DNA of 64,000 bases, from contig NC_043000.1 in NCBI RefSeq assembly GCF_006345805.1, positions 87,296,001-87,360,000 of the forward strand, written 5' to 3'. Below the pieces are notes generated by a model that worked only from the letters and a program-made list of their open reading frames with translations, had not been told where the DNA came from and searched no databases. The translations under genes were made by a program, and so were the position numbers. Below, piece by piece: positions 51,481 to 64,000 of the stretch; position 1 is the first letter of the stretch, and every line of letters begins with the position of its first letter. This stretch comes from Octopus sinensis (taxonomy: Eukaryota).

Positions 51481-54024
51481 GTGATATATATATACAGAAA
51501 AAAATCCATTTTTTTACATCAGGACAACAAACACCGGAGAAAGAAAAAATCCAAGAGGAAACATACCCGAAACAACTGAACGTATAGATCCTAAAATAAT
51601 TAATTTATCAAAAAGAGATCTTGACAATGATGAAATCCAACTTCTGTCAAAAGGACTGAAATTCACACCTACACCAACATCCAACCACCAAGAATTAAAG
51701 GAGGATATCCAAAAATTCTGTCGAAAATTACGACTTGTAGAATTCTTCGTTAACAAAAGTAATGAGATTGATGAATCCCTAGTAAGGAATAAATCAAATT
51801 TCACCCCACCAAAAGGAAGAAATAACTACCTTGACCAATACATTGATATCCTGTCTAAATTTCCCCTTAGACGCAATACCAATGTTAGGCTTAACATTAA
51901 CAAATCAGAGATGTCTGCATGTAAACGTATACAAAACGATCAAACAATAATAATTAAACAAGCAGATAAAGGTGGTGCAATTGTTATTATGGATACCGAA
52001 TACTATAAGGATTTCGTTGAGGACCAACTGAAGGACACAACCTTCTACTGTGAAATACCCTCAAATATAGACCACCACATAATGAAAAAGATCAACAACC
52101 TGATTTCAAAACACTACAACTCACTTACCGATAATGAAAGAGACTACATCACCAATTTCGAACCAAAACCCAGCAACTTCTACGGCTTACCGAAAATACA
52201 TAAATCAAAAGATATACAACATGCAGTAAAAGAACAAGGAAGTGAGTACATAAAATTACTACATCCAAAAGACCTAAAACTTAGACCTATTATAGCTGGT
52301 TCAGCATGCCCTACCCACCGTCTTAGCAATTTTATTGACATTGTTTTGAAACCACTACATACCCAGTTTCATCAGGGATGACATCGACTTCCTGTCCCAT
52401 CTTCCCAAAACAACAGAAACAAATTCAGTTTTACTAAGCTTTGATGTGGTAAGCATCTACACCAATATTCCACACGATTTAGGAATAAAGGCGATTAAAT
52501 ACTGGTTAGAAAAACATAGAGAAGTGATTCCCAGCAGATTCGCAGTGCCATTTATATTAGACACAGTCAAACTTATTCTAGAAAACACACATTCTTCTTC
52601 AATGGAAAGAATTACATCCAAATTAGAGGCACGGCGATGGGAACGAGGTTTGCTCCCGTTTACGCCAACTCTGTAATGGGATACTTAGAACAACAACTCT
52701 ACCAAGAGGTGGAGGTAAACTATGGCACTGGATTTAGAAAGTATATTGAAAAGGCATGGAAGAGATACCTTGACGACTGCTTCATAATCTGGACAGAATC
52801 TCTAAATACTCTGGAAGAGTTCAATATCCTCCTGAACAACCTACACTCATCTCTCCAATTTACACAGGATATAATTGTGCTTAAAAGGACACCACCATCA
52901 CCACATATATATACTATAAACACACAGACACACATCAATACCTGAATTTTAAGTCGTGCCATCCACCACATACAAAACGCAACATCCCATACTGCCTAGC
53001 GAGAAGAATTTGTACCATTGTAGAAGATGCAAATATCAGGAACAAACGCCTCACAGAACTAAGAGAATGTTTGCTCAAACAAAAATACCCATCTCTACTT
53101 ATAGAAAATGGCATACAGCGGATTATAAAAATACCCATACAACAACTTAGGACAACACAAGGAAGAGGAAAACAAGAACAAGTAATACCATTCATAGTGA
53201 CACACAACCCATGTCACCAGAATATCTTCAACATTGCCAAATCAAACCTACAAATCATTGCTCAAAGTAATGAATTAAAAGATATAATCACGGATCGAGC
53301 TATGGTTATTAGTAAAAGACAGCCTAAAAACTTGAAAAAGTTACTAACAAAGACCAAACATTCACTGTATCTAAATGCAATGATAGCCGTTGTGGCACAT
53401 GTCAATTCATACATACCGGCCAATATATAAACACAAAAACCGGGAAAATATTCACAAACGCGAATATGAACTGCAAAAGCAGAAATTTAATTTACTGCAT
53501 CAAATGCCCAAATTGTGAAGAAATATATGTAGGTCAGACGGGAAATGCACTATCAGAACGCTCACGTGTACACCGACAACAGATTAGAGACCCAGAGGTC
53601 CGTCAGATACCTTTGAGTAACCACCTAGCAACATTTCCATTCTACAAATTACACAGCCCAAGTGAAATCGAGAGGAAAATCAGAGAAAAGAATTTTATTG
53701 ATAAATTCGAACCCAAGCTAAATAAGCAATAATAATAATACTTAGAGGTGCTACTTCTACTGCTACGACCATGACCACTAACAACAACAATACTAGAGGT
53801 GATCAAGATGAAGATAGCAGGAAAATTATCTTATTTAGGCTTAAAAGTTCTATTGCCACCACCATCACCACTAGCAACAATATTTAAGGTGCTGACAATG
53901 ATGATGACAATTGAAATATAAAAATCCCTGACAAAGGCTATTTACAACATTTCTAAAAATAGCCCAACAATTGCTGCCTCGGCCAGGGTTAAGATACAGG
54001 ACTCTTGACATGTTCAACAAAGCG

Positions 54025-54135
54025 TGACGTCCAAACCAACCAATCAGCTTAAGTAATTGAGTGATGCTACACACTGATTGATCAGAATACAGTTTGCAAA
54101 ACCTAGCAATCTGGAGCCCACACAGGTGTATTTAA
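54025..54135 (+). promoter_or_regulatory. Candidate pLTR promoter elements
   Basis: TGACGT (54025), CCAATCAG (54040) and TATTTAA (54129), in this order about 70 nt upstream of the HHR. Motif match only. Confidence 0.4.
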
Positions 54136-54198
54136 GGCACAGTTTAACCATCTCGCTACAGTAAAAAATTGTGAAGCATGACTGTCACCACTACTACA

Positions 54199-54243
54199 TG
54201 AACCTGAAGATTGCAGAATTTAATGCATGAAAGTACTAGTTCA
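54199..54243 (+). ncRNA. Minimal type I hammerhead ribozyme (45 nt)
   Basis: TGAAC-CTGAAGA (54204-54210)-T-TGCA-GAATTTAA-TGCA-T-GAAA-GTAC-TA-GTTCA. 5-bp stem I; 1-bp stem III capped by palindromic GUAC; U-U at the base of stem II. Confidence 0.85.
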
Positions 54244-54398
54244 ATCAGGATGAACATTTAGCATTCTACTATTTTATTTTATTCTATTATTTTATCTTAT
54301 ATTATATCATTATAAGATTGTAGATAAAACGTGAAAATCAGACAAGGTTGGAATTCCTTTTATTAATATATTCTTCTATGCACAATCACACACACCCG

Positions 54399-54514
<116 letters not shown>

Positions 54515-54515
54515 T

Positions 54516-54571
<56 letters not shown>

Positions 54572-54639
54572 TTATATATATATTTATATATATATATTTA
54601 TATACATACATACATACACACATATATATATATATATGG

Positions 54640-55430
54640 ATGGGATGGTGGGGTTTGTATATGTTGGGACGGCGGGGTTGGGATGTGTAGGGGTGGGGTT
54701 TCGATGTAGGGGGTGACGATGAAGGGAGAAGGTGGGTAGGAGTGAAGAGGGGAAGCAGATGTGTGAAGAAGAGAGACGAGAGGGAGAGAGTCAGATGAAG
54801 AGGAGAGGGGGTTGATCCCATGTTGTGCAAAGAAGCGAAGAGAGAAGATTAATTCCTCTTTATGGCGAAGACGGGAGTCCCGATGGCCACCCTGCAAAGA
54901 CAATCCGAACACAGACAGGTGTTGTAATGAATGACCAGTAGAGCGGAAATGGCTCGAGACCGGGGTGCCGTTGCCGAGTCTGATGTCTCGGAGGATATAC
55001 AGAAAGTGACAGAAAGAGCAGAAGTTACAGTAAATGACGTCGCTAGAAGTGCAGGTGAAGGAGTCAGTGATATAATAGGGACGATGATGGGTGCCTGTGA
55101 TGATGGTGGGGTTGGAGATGTAGGGGCAAGTGCGGCAGCGTGGGCGGGAGCAGAGGGACGAGCCGGGTTGGGAGTTGGGGGTTATGGAAAAAACTGTGGA
55201 CCAAGAGGTCACGTAGGTTGTGGTATCATTTGAAGGAGGAGAGGGGTAGGTTGGGGAAGATGTGCGAAGTGGAGTCGCCGAAGGCTCGGAGAATGGTGTG
55301 TTGGAGAGGCAGGATGGAGGGGTGGTAGGTGAGGGGGAACGGGAGAAGCGGCAGGGCGGGTGCTGGGAGAGAGAGCAGATGGACGTAGCGCGCTTTTGTT
55401 TTGCACGAAGGAACAACGTGCTTCCGTGAA
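54640..55430 (-). mobile_element. Second PLE, 3' fragment (Zn-finger linker plus GIY-YIG)
   Basis: CSRPRCRTCPYI, FTCTSSDVIYCNFCSFC, VSSHFRSTGHS in ORF 54598-55416. Confidence 0.85.
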
Positions 55431-55870
55431 ATTCTCTTCTTTACTGGGGAAAACGGTGGCTGAAACAGTTGACAAGATTCAAACAGCTTACAAGTACGCT
55501 GCCATGAGCAAATCATAAGTTGACAAGTTGTTTTTACGCTTTAGGAATGGTCATTTGTCGCCTGAAGGCCAACCTCGTTCAGGACGACCGTCGATCTCCC
55601 GAACGAATAAAAACATCATAAAAATTCATGAACTGATATTGTAGGACTGTTACCGAACAATTGACGGACTTGTTGGCATGGAGCTCCTGCCAACGAATTT
55701 TGAGCGAGAAATTACAAATGAAGAGAGTTGCAGCAAAATTTGTGCCTCACTTGCTCATGAAAGAACCAAAGCAGTTACGACTAAATGCGTGTCGTGAACT
55801 GATAGAACAGTTGGAACTTGTTCCGGACCTTTTTTCGAATGTCATCATTGGTGACGAAAGCTGGTGGTAC
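55430..55870 (+). mobile_element. mariner fragment (same family as 28606-29370)
   Basis: KTVAETV, QPRSGRPS, RVAAKFVPHLL, IIGDESW. Confidence 0.85.
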
Positions 55871-56562
55871 GGGATTATCAGATATGGAAGACGTGAAGGG
55901 AAAAATGATAGAGACGTTAAAAGGCTTCACTTCTCAAGAGTTCCAGCACTGCTTCGAATAGAGGAAAACGCGCCTGTCATTTACTGAAAAACTTCATAGC
56001 TTTTTTTTCTAAAGACTACTTTAATAAGCCAGTGCTAGCATTGACTAATTTTTTTCTTCAATCACACACATTATATATCAGAAAATAAAGCGAATGAAAT
56101 ATATCAAGGAAAAAAGTCCCCGCTCAGGAAAATTTTTAATAATTTTAGTCTGAGAACAAAAATATATTTCGTTTTTATATAATTTTTAGTTTTCTCGAAC
56201 AGGCTTTAGAGTATATTCTTGATTTTATTTGTTTTGTTTAATCTGCACAAAGAAAATTTCTAAAACTTGGCGTTCACATTAAAACGATAAGGAAGAGCGA
56301 TAACATGAATGAGACAGAGAAACTAGTGTTTTTTTACCCTTTACTGCTACAATATCAGTCTGGTTGAGAAGAACGATCTATATTGCGCTAAAGATCGATA
56401 TTGTTAGGCATAATCGTGTTTATTTAAGATTTTGCCGATTGACTGAGGATTGGCGTAATTGTCGTCGCTATAAACCTCAATAGGTCAATTTCGCGTAACT
56501 TCATTAGTCAAATAAAGATGATACGAAAATGATGACAATGATGATGATGATGATAATCATAA

Positions 56563-56779
56563 AATGGTTTCAAATTTTGGCACAACAACAGTAATGTTGA
56601 GGGACGGGGCAAGTCAATTACATCGACCCCGCTGCTCAAATAGTACTTTTTTTTATTGACCCTGAAAAGATGAAAGGCAAAGTCGAACTCTGCAGAATTT
56701 GAACTCAGAATGTAAAGACGGACGAAATACCACTAAGCATTTTGCTCAGCGTGTTAATAATTTTGCCAGCTCGCCGCCT

Positions 56780-56780
<1 letters not shown>
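56563..56780 (-). mobile_element. SINE family A
   Basis: Reverse complement starts AAGGCGGCGAGCTGGCAAAA. Confidence 0.85.
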
Positions 56781-56848
<68 letters not shown>

Positions 56849-56858
56849 AACTACTACA
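56780..56858. repeat. (TAC)n microsatellite
   Basis: Read directly. Confidence 0.95.
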
Positions 56859-57625
56859 AGACCAAACATGATCATAGAGGACAACACAATCGTTGAGGAT
56901 AAAATAAACAGTATAAGATCATAGGTTTCGTAATTCCCTATGATAGGAGAGTCGATACCAAAGAAATTGAAAAATTTGAGAAACATCACCGTCTAGCCAG
57001 TGATCTGAGGAGACCGTGGAAGACCTAGTGAACAATCATTCTTGTAATAATAGGTGCATTTGGCGAACAATCAAAATGTTATTTGAAACTAAAAGAGATT
57101 GGAATTGAAGCTCGCTTTGGCGAGCTGCAGAAAAATACCATCCTACAATCTGCAAAAGTTCTAAAGAAGATTTTTGACATTTCAGTAGACTTCTTGTTAT
57201 CTAACCTGAAGATAAAATCCCTGCTAAGTTAGTATGTATTAGCATAACAACAACAATAACAATTTCATAGGGATGTTGAAGATAAGACAGACAGAGAAAA
57301 AAGAGGGCTATGTATTACTGAAAATGATTTAAAACCGGAAACGGAGGTTCTAATCTGTGCTGCCTAAGAGCAAGCATTAAGAACCAATTACATCAAATAC
57401 AGAACAGACAACACCAGAAAGTGATAAATGTAGAATTTGTGCGCGAAATGATGAAACCGTATGACTTATTACCAGTCAATGCACGCCACTAGCCCAGAAG
57501 GAATATGAGACGTCATGACAATATAGCAAGGATTGTCTATTGGACACTTTGCAACAAGTATGGACTTGACATCATCGAAAATGATAATGCAAAGATCCAA
57601 TGGGATTTTATGATTTAGTGCATAC
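56859..57625 (+). mobile_element. Two fragments of an RLE-type non-LTR element (R4/Dong-like)
   Basis: RLE part RPNMII..VIPYD..KEIEK..IIGAFG..LQK (56859-57190). Zn-knuckle part LKPETE..CRIC..ETV..C..LAQKEY.RRHD..LCNKYG..KIQWDF (57290-57620). Confidence 0.75.
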
Positions 57626-57699
57626 ATGACATACATACACACACACGCACATACATAGTTTGATTTGGCTCCATGAAACTTTAATTTGCATGGAGCAGA

Positions 57700-59400
57700 A
57701 TCAAACTGCTATTACATTGTCGGTCATTATGGAATCGCCACTTTCGCAGAGAACTAATAAATTGCTTTTCTGTGTAATAACTTTATCACTGACACACCCT
57801 GCCCATAATTCCGATACAAAAGTTACTGCACCAACTTGACTGATACCCATTAAGCCCTTCCATGTCATATGCGTTTTATAATCACTGTACATCAATGATT
57901 TGCTTTGTAGGGAAGGAGTCTCGGCTAATATTTCTATACAATCAACTATAACTCGACAAGGTGGATACTTTGCACGAAATGATGGTGGCATATGGTCATT
58001 CACTGATTTTCTTGATGGCCATATTACCAGAAATGATAACTGGACATCTAAGTAATCAATCTACTTATTAAATATTGTGCCGCATATTCTTGTGCTAATG
58101 CAGAAGCGATATACTAAATCCTCTAATAGCAGCCCAAGTCGCAATCTCATAAGTACAAGAAAAAATTCATCAATTAATCGAAGCTGTCTGGGTCTGCCTT
58201 GCTCTGATGATGCACCATGTCTGGCAGTTTTACTTGCTGCATCATCTTTAATTTCATCAAAACGACAATCAAAATCATGGAATCTGGTATCCCCGTGCAA
58301 AAGAGAAGCTTCTGATTATCATTTTTCACATCTTCATATGTAAGCACAGGTGTTTTTACCTGTGTTTCACAATCCACCATCTTATTTTCCATGATCTTAG
58401 TACTGATATTTGTATAAATAGGTATATTGACTAAATCACATTGTATTCCTATTTCCTTGGTACGAATTTCTTGTACAGTCTGCACTGACTTGAGTGTAAA
58501 AGCTGAGAATGATTCAGGATTAACTGGACCACAGTAATCATGAAACATTTAAGAATTGTTCAACATAGACATGGTAAGACTTACAAAGCAACCAAGCTGT
58601 TCTGCGACATTCATATCTTCGACTTCTCTGGTCTCAGTATCTTCTTGACATTCATTCACTTTTATATTCTGCAAATAAGTTAAATACGGTTTTACGTGGG
58701 CATAGCTTTCAGCAATCATTCACTGATTTAGCCATGAACATGATGAGGTGTAGAAGAGGGAGTGACAGCCACACTATAAAGTCTATTAATCTATTATGTC
58801 TATTAATAATTAGAGGAATATTAGATTCAATGCTGTAAATTTATTATTTAATCATATATATATGTAAAGAAAAATATCACAGCTAGTCTTACTCGAAATT
58901 CCCACATTCATTCAGAACATTCACAACAATTTCAATGTATTTTTTGGGGGAATGCAAAATGCTTCATCAAAAATACCTGTACATCAACACTTATTAGTTT
59001 AAACTTTCGAGTTTAGCCCAAGGTAGACCATTTGAATTTTAACATGTTCTAATCTGTTAATGAGGAGATAAATCATAGAGACATATCACTCATCTACTAA
59101 CTACGTATATGACCATGAACTTACTGATGTTTTAAATACTTTGTTTCGAAAAACGGATGGTCCATTAGAATTGACGAAATGCTGGGAGCAAATCTGGCTA
59201 CTTGCAGTGTAAACAAAGTCTTTTCTCACAAGTTTCGATCTCTGAAGCCAAATACGACGAATAGCGACGTGAAATAACTTTGTCATCTATATTCTTCTCT
59301 CTATAATTGCTGCATATGCAACAGTATTTGCACGATTTCTTCGGAGATATCATATTAACCGGTCTAACAACATGAGTCGTTAGTACTCGGAAGTAAAAGC
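57700..59400 (-). mobile_element. THAP-HTH-DDE transposase remnant (ISL2EU/PIF-Harbinger group)
   Basis: THAP-like CCICSN...ICSQHFVNSNGP, HTH DEFFLVLMRLRLGLLLEDL, DDE RVIVDCIEI, YSDYKTHMTWKGL, SELWAGCVSD, GDSIMTD. Confidence 0.85.
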
Positions 59401-59439
59401 AAGTCACTGGGCATGCGTACATGTCATATGGGAGAGTTC

Positions 59440-59571
59440 CAATTAGGGGCTGATAACTACCTTATCGGAACTACCTATATTGAGTGTTACATATCCTTCA
59501 TAGCAGGAGGGCCCTATATCTTTGGATGCCCGGGGCAATTGCCCTCTTCGACTCCCTATAAATCCGACTCT
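59440..59571. mobile_element. Short MITE-like repeat (related copy at about 43040-43217)
   Basis: Both end GGGGCAAT..C...CCTATAAATCCGAC(C/T)CTG. Confidence 0.55.
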
Positions 59572-59925
59572 GAATATAAAACATAAGTAGGAGAACGTAA
59601 CCTCCACATAACGTCTTCATCATTTACAACACAAACACGAATCTGCATCAAGCAAGTAGACATAGCAAAACCAAATAAAGTGGACAAAAGATAATGAGAA
59701 AACTGTCAAACGTTTATAATAGACAAAATAAACAGTAAAATATGATAAAAAGTAATTAGCAACATTAAAAATTTAAAAAACAAAAAGCAAAACGGTTAAT
59801 TCTCATTACGACGTACACTGAAATTGGCAGTACTAGCTCAAATGTCGAGTATACAAAAGACAAAGACATGTGAGGGAACAATAAGCAAATGTATTAGTTT
59901 GACGCTCGGGGAGACTAGAAAACTC

Positions 59926-59959
59926 TTTGACGTTTCGAGCCCACGCTCTTCGGCAGAAA
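59926..59959 (-). ncRNA. Minimal hammerhead-like motif with variant core CUGCCGA
   Basis: Minus strand reads TTT-CTGCCGA-A-GAGC-GTGG-GCTC-GAAA-CG-TC-AAA. Confidence 0.5.
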
Positions 59960-60237
59960 TGGGTGAGAGGAAAGAAATGGGGAGAGAGAGAGAGAAAGCA
60001 AAGCTTCAATCTAACCAAAAATTTTCCCCCCACTCTTTCGCCTCTCCTTTTCGTTATTCTTATTATTTTTCTTAACAACTTTAAACATTGACTCACTCTC
60101 ATGTCTTATTTCTTCACACATATGCTTTTCACTTTTGTCCTCTCACACCGTACTTACCATTCATTTTCGATCAAATATCCTGCGAGTTAATTTGGGATCC
60201 CATGACGACAATGCCACCTTCATTTAACTAATGTATC

Positions 60238-60326
60238 TTAGGCCTGATGAGTATCTAGTGGAATACTCCTTGTTGAATAATTTTTACTTCCGAGGTTCTG
60301 CTAGCTAGGAAACATATGTAGTCTGA
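60238..60326 (+). ncRNA. Type I hammerhead ribozyme with long stem II
   Basis: TTAGGC-CTGATGA (60244-60250)-GTAT-CTAGTGGA...TCTGCTAG-CTAG-GAAA (60309-60312)-C-ATAT-G-TA-GTCTGA. 6-bp stem I (2 G-U), palindrome ACATATGT, G-G at the base of stem II. Confidence 0.65.
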
Positions 60327-60581
60327 ACTTTACCTGCTCCATTCTCTAAATTTGGATTTTTATTCGTATACATAACAACTCTGGTTGCTAACCGTGAACT
60401 ATAAAATAACGTTTTTCAGCTTATCGCTCTTCGATATGGGAAAATTTTCCAACCTTCTACTCCAATAAACCACTATTCCTGAAAGTTGTTTCCTATACTT
60501 TCTATGGACTGGTCGAAATTACTAACTTCCTACACCTGAATTCTCGGATGTTACAGTTACGTTTCATTACACACACACACG

Positions 60582-60625
<44 letters not shown>

Positions 60626-60653
60626 AATACATATATACATATATACATATATA

Positions 60654-60694
<41 letters not shown>

Positions 60695-60751
60695 TATATA
60701 CATATATACATACATACTTATATATATGTATGCATATATATATGCATACAT

Positions 60752-60813
<62 letters not shown>

Positions 60814-60988
60814 ATGCATTTGGAAAGCATGCATAGGAAATGTGCAAATCTTAATTTAATTTGCAGTAGGTGTAGGTTCTTATCTAAAAGGTGGATTCTT
60901 ATCTAAAATGTAAAATTGAAATTTATCGATCTTACCCTCCTGACTGCAGACATGCACGTAAATACTGGCGGACTGCTTCATGAATATT

Positions 60989-62346
60989 TCAAGTCATCCC
61001 ATAAGTTCTGTTCCAATTTTGAATAAAAAAAAAACAAGTGGTCAAATATTACATTTAATTGAAATTTGAGCATTAATGTACTTTCCGTGATTATCTATGA
61101 CTTCCTTCCATCTATTTATAAGCTTTTTAATCCCATCAATGTAAAACTCTCTTGGTTTCAAAGCAAAGAACTCTCAAATGTCAGTTTCGACCTCCTCCTG
61201 GCTTGTGAAAGTTATGTCCCCCAAATGATTCTGTAAACTACGAAACAAATGGTAGTCTGAAGGAGCAAGGTCGAGAGAACAAGGTGGACGAGGATTTTTT
61301 TCCCAACCAAGCTCTTCGATCTTCTGTGATGTGATCTTTGTAGTGTGGGATCACGCATTGTCCTGATGAAGCATCACCCCTTTTCGATACTCTAAAGCGG
61401 GCTTTTTTCTTCAAAGCGTGGTTCAAACGCTCTAACTGCGGACAGTAGACTTGAGCATTGATTGTTGCATTAGGTGGTAATACTTCAAAGTGAATTACTC
61501 CTTTGCAATCCCACCAGATAGAGAGAAGAAACTTTTTCCCATAAAGTTCCCTTCTCGGTTCTGATTGAGCTTTTTCCCCTTTATCAAGCGACTGTTTACG
61601 ACGTTTAACATTTCGATAGAAGATCCATTTTTCGTCACCAGTCACAAGTCTATCCAAAAAGGGTGAAATGAGTTCGCGAGAATGGAGAGAAGAGCAGATA
61701 TCAACTCGGGATTTACGGTTGTTTTCAGACAATTGCCCTCTTCGACTCCCTATAAATCCGACTCTGAATATAAAACATAAGTAGGATAACGTAACCTCCA
61801 CACAACGTCTTCATTTACAACACAATGTTAGGAAACGTTACAAGTTCTTGAAGATGACGATGAACATTTGTATAGTTTGAACTAAGCTTTATTGCCAATT
61901 CTTCAACTGATAATGCAGGACTTTCTTCAAGTGATGCCTCGAGGAGCTTATAATCAAAATCAACTGGACGTCTTGTTCGATCTTCATCTTCAAGGCTGAA
62001 ATCTGCACTTCTGAATTTTGCAAACTATCTTCTGCAAATTCTTTCATTCAAGCATTCTTTCCCATAAACTGAGTGTATGCTTCGAGTCGCTTCGGCTGCA
62101 GAATTTCCTTATATGTACTCAAAAAGCATTACGTGCCTTAAATGCTCTTTGGATACTACCATGTTAGAAAGGGTTTTAATCAAAGAAATGTTAATTCTAT
62201 TGTTCTGTAAAATAATATTTAATTAGTTTGAATGTACACAAATGCATAAAAATAATTTTTAATTCCATTAGACATTCTAAAATACTATTAAATTTCATTC
62301 AATTTTAAAAAAGGTAAAATCGGACAGAACTTATGGGATGATCTGA
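60989..62346 (-). mobile_element. Second copy of the 43252 mariner, with a foreign 96-bp insert
   Basis: Same TIRs and colinear sequence. 61730-61825 replaces about 28 bp of transposase. Confidence 0.95.
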
Positions 62347-62560
62347 TAAATGTCAGAGCCTCCGCCATCAATACTTCCGTTCACAATCTGAGGTTTTACC
62401 ATAAGGTCTGCCACATCCAGCTCCTTATACATAAATAGGCGCATACACATGTACTTACACGTCCATAAACGATTTTAAGATCGATCCTTCCCACCTCTTT
62501 TTCTCCACACCGACTGCATTCCACTTGTGCTCCAGCCCCTCTCACTCTACAAGAATTGCC

Positions 62561-62625
62561 ATCCTGATGGCACAGTCTAATCCCTATGGCACAGTCTAAT
62601 CCTGATGGCACAGTCTAATCCCTAT
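62561..62625. repeat. 19-bp tandem repeat x3.4
   Basis: ATCC(TG/CT)ATGGCACAGTCTA at 62561, 62580 and 62599. Confidence 0.9.
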
Positions 62626-62862
62626 CCAAGGGACATAACTGTTATGAACAGAAATTTACTGTCGGGATTTCACCTACGGTTTATTTTTCGTTCTGTTTCT
62701 TTACGACACTCACAAACCGAATGTGACACTGTCTGGCCGCCCTTCTTATATTTATTCACAAATAATTTCACGCATTTCGTTTATTTAAATAGTGTTTGGT
62801 CACTTCAAATGGACTTTTGGGGGAATGGCGGGGGAAATTTTAGGAGTAGTAAACTGGCAGTA

Positions 62863-62920
62863 ATTGGCTGATGAGAAACAGGCACCTATTTGGCGCTAGT
62901 TTGGAAAGCAGGTTACAAGT
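62863..62920 (+). ncRNA. Probable type I hammerhead ribozyme (eroded)
   Basis: ATTGG-CTGATGA (62868-62874)-GAAAC-A-GGCACC-TATTT-GGCGCT-A-GTTTG-GAAA-GC-AG-GT-TA-CAAGT. G-G at the base of stem II and one mismatch in stem I. Confidence 0.45.
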
Positions 62921-63069
62921 TGACCAGTATTGCTTGTGCCGACCTAGCAGAAGTAAGGCGTTTTTAATGTTCAATGGAACTTTTCCTACCATGCCTGTAT
63001 TAGTTTTGTGACTATTCTGACGGACAGAAATATTTTGGACTTCTATTTTAGCGATGTAGGTGCTCATGC

Positions 63070-63580
<511 letters not shown>

Positions 63581-63955
63581 ACCCGTCCTGCCGAAAAGAC
63601 ACCTGTCTGTAACGTCCTGTTTTTGTTATTATTATTATCATTATTGTTTTTACGTATTTTCGTATTCTTATTCGTGTTATCATTATTATTTTTACGTATT
63701 TTTATATTCTTATTCGTTTCCGTCCTTGTTTTGTATACATTCGAGGCTTTCTTCCAAGGAATCTAATGCGCTTGGCTTAGATTTTCCTTTGGGGCTGGCC
63801 AGGTCGAAGCAATCTCAATATCAATCAGCCGAAATTGCGAAGATGACCCGGTTTTTGACTGAAGATCGAAGGCTTCGAATGTCCCGTCCGTTTTTTTTGT
63901 ATCGTCTTCTAAATGTTTTGCGTTCTTGTCCCAGTTTGTGTTTTTTTACATTTAT

Positions 63956-64000
<45 letters not shown>

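Larger units (their letters stand above)
51500..54330 (+). mobile_element. Near-complete Penelope-like element (RT plus GIY-YIG plus 3' pLTR), frameshifted
   Basis: IINLS..LLSKGLKFTPT, KQADKGG, FYGLPKIHK, LRPII, YTNIPH, MGTRFAPVYAN, RYLDD, RCGTCQF, NCKSRNLIYCIKCPNCEEIYVGQTG; coding ends at 53732. Confidence 0.93.

Noticed and set aside
54931-55233. Plus-strand 100-aa Gly/Ala/Val-rich ORF
   Set aside because: It is the antisense frame of the minus-strand PLE endonuclease fragment.

Overview
AT-rich eukaryotic DNA made almost entirely of microsatellites and transposable-element debris. The SINE families and repeat mix are most consistent with an Octopus genome (inference from recognised repeat sequence; no database search was run). 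No host protein-coding exon, rRNA or true tRNA gene could be supported. Most ORFs in the supplied track are translations of (AT)n/(ATAC)n/(TATC)n/(CA)n repeats. Identifiable content: about nine Penelope-like element (PLE) fragments with at least two GIY-YIG linker types, several mariner/Tc1 copies, two copies of an L1/Tx1-clade LINE, CR1/L2-like and R4/Dong-like LINE fragments, a THAP-bearing ISL2EU/Harbinger-type element, a Chapaev3-like insertion, MITEs and about 14 tRNA-derived SINE copies. The signal missing from the ORF track is RNA structure. Manual reading of both strands found nine type I hammerhead-ribozyme (HHR) motifs with intact CUGANGA/GAAA/UH cores (about 8 unrelated sequence contexts), plus five core-variant copies. 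Many have a minimal, palindromic stem III of the kind reported to cleave as dimers. They sit in PLE tails and in ORF-less inverted or tandem modules (two fold-back palindromes with about 240-275-bp arms and a 483-bp tandem unit). PLE-associated HHRs are a known class; the density, the ORF-less retrozyme-like modules and the recurrent core variants are what may be new. All folds were done by eye and none has been tested.
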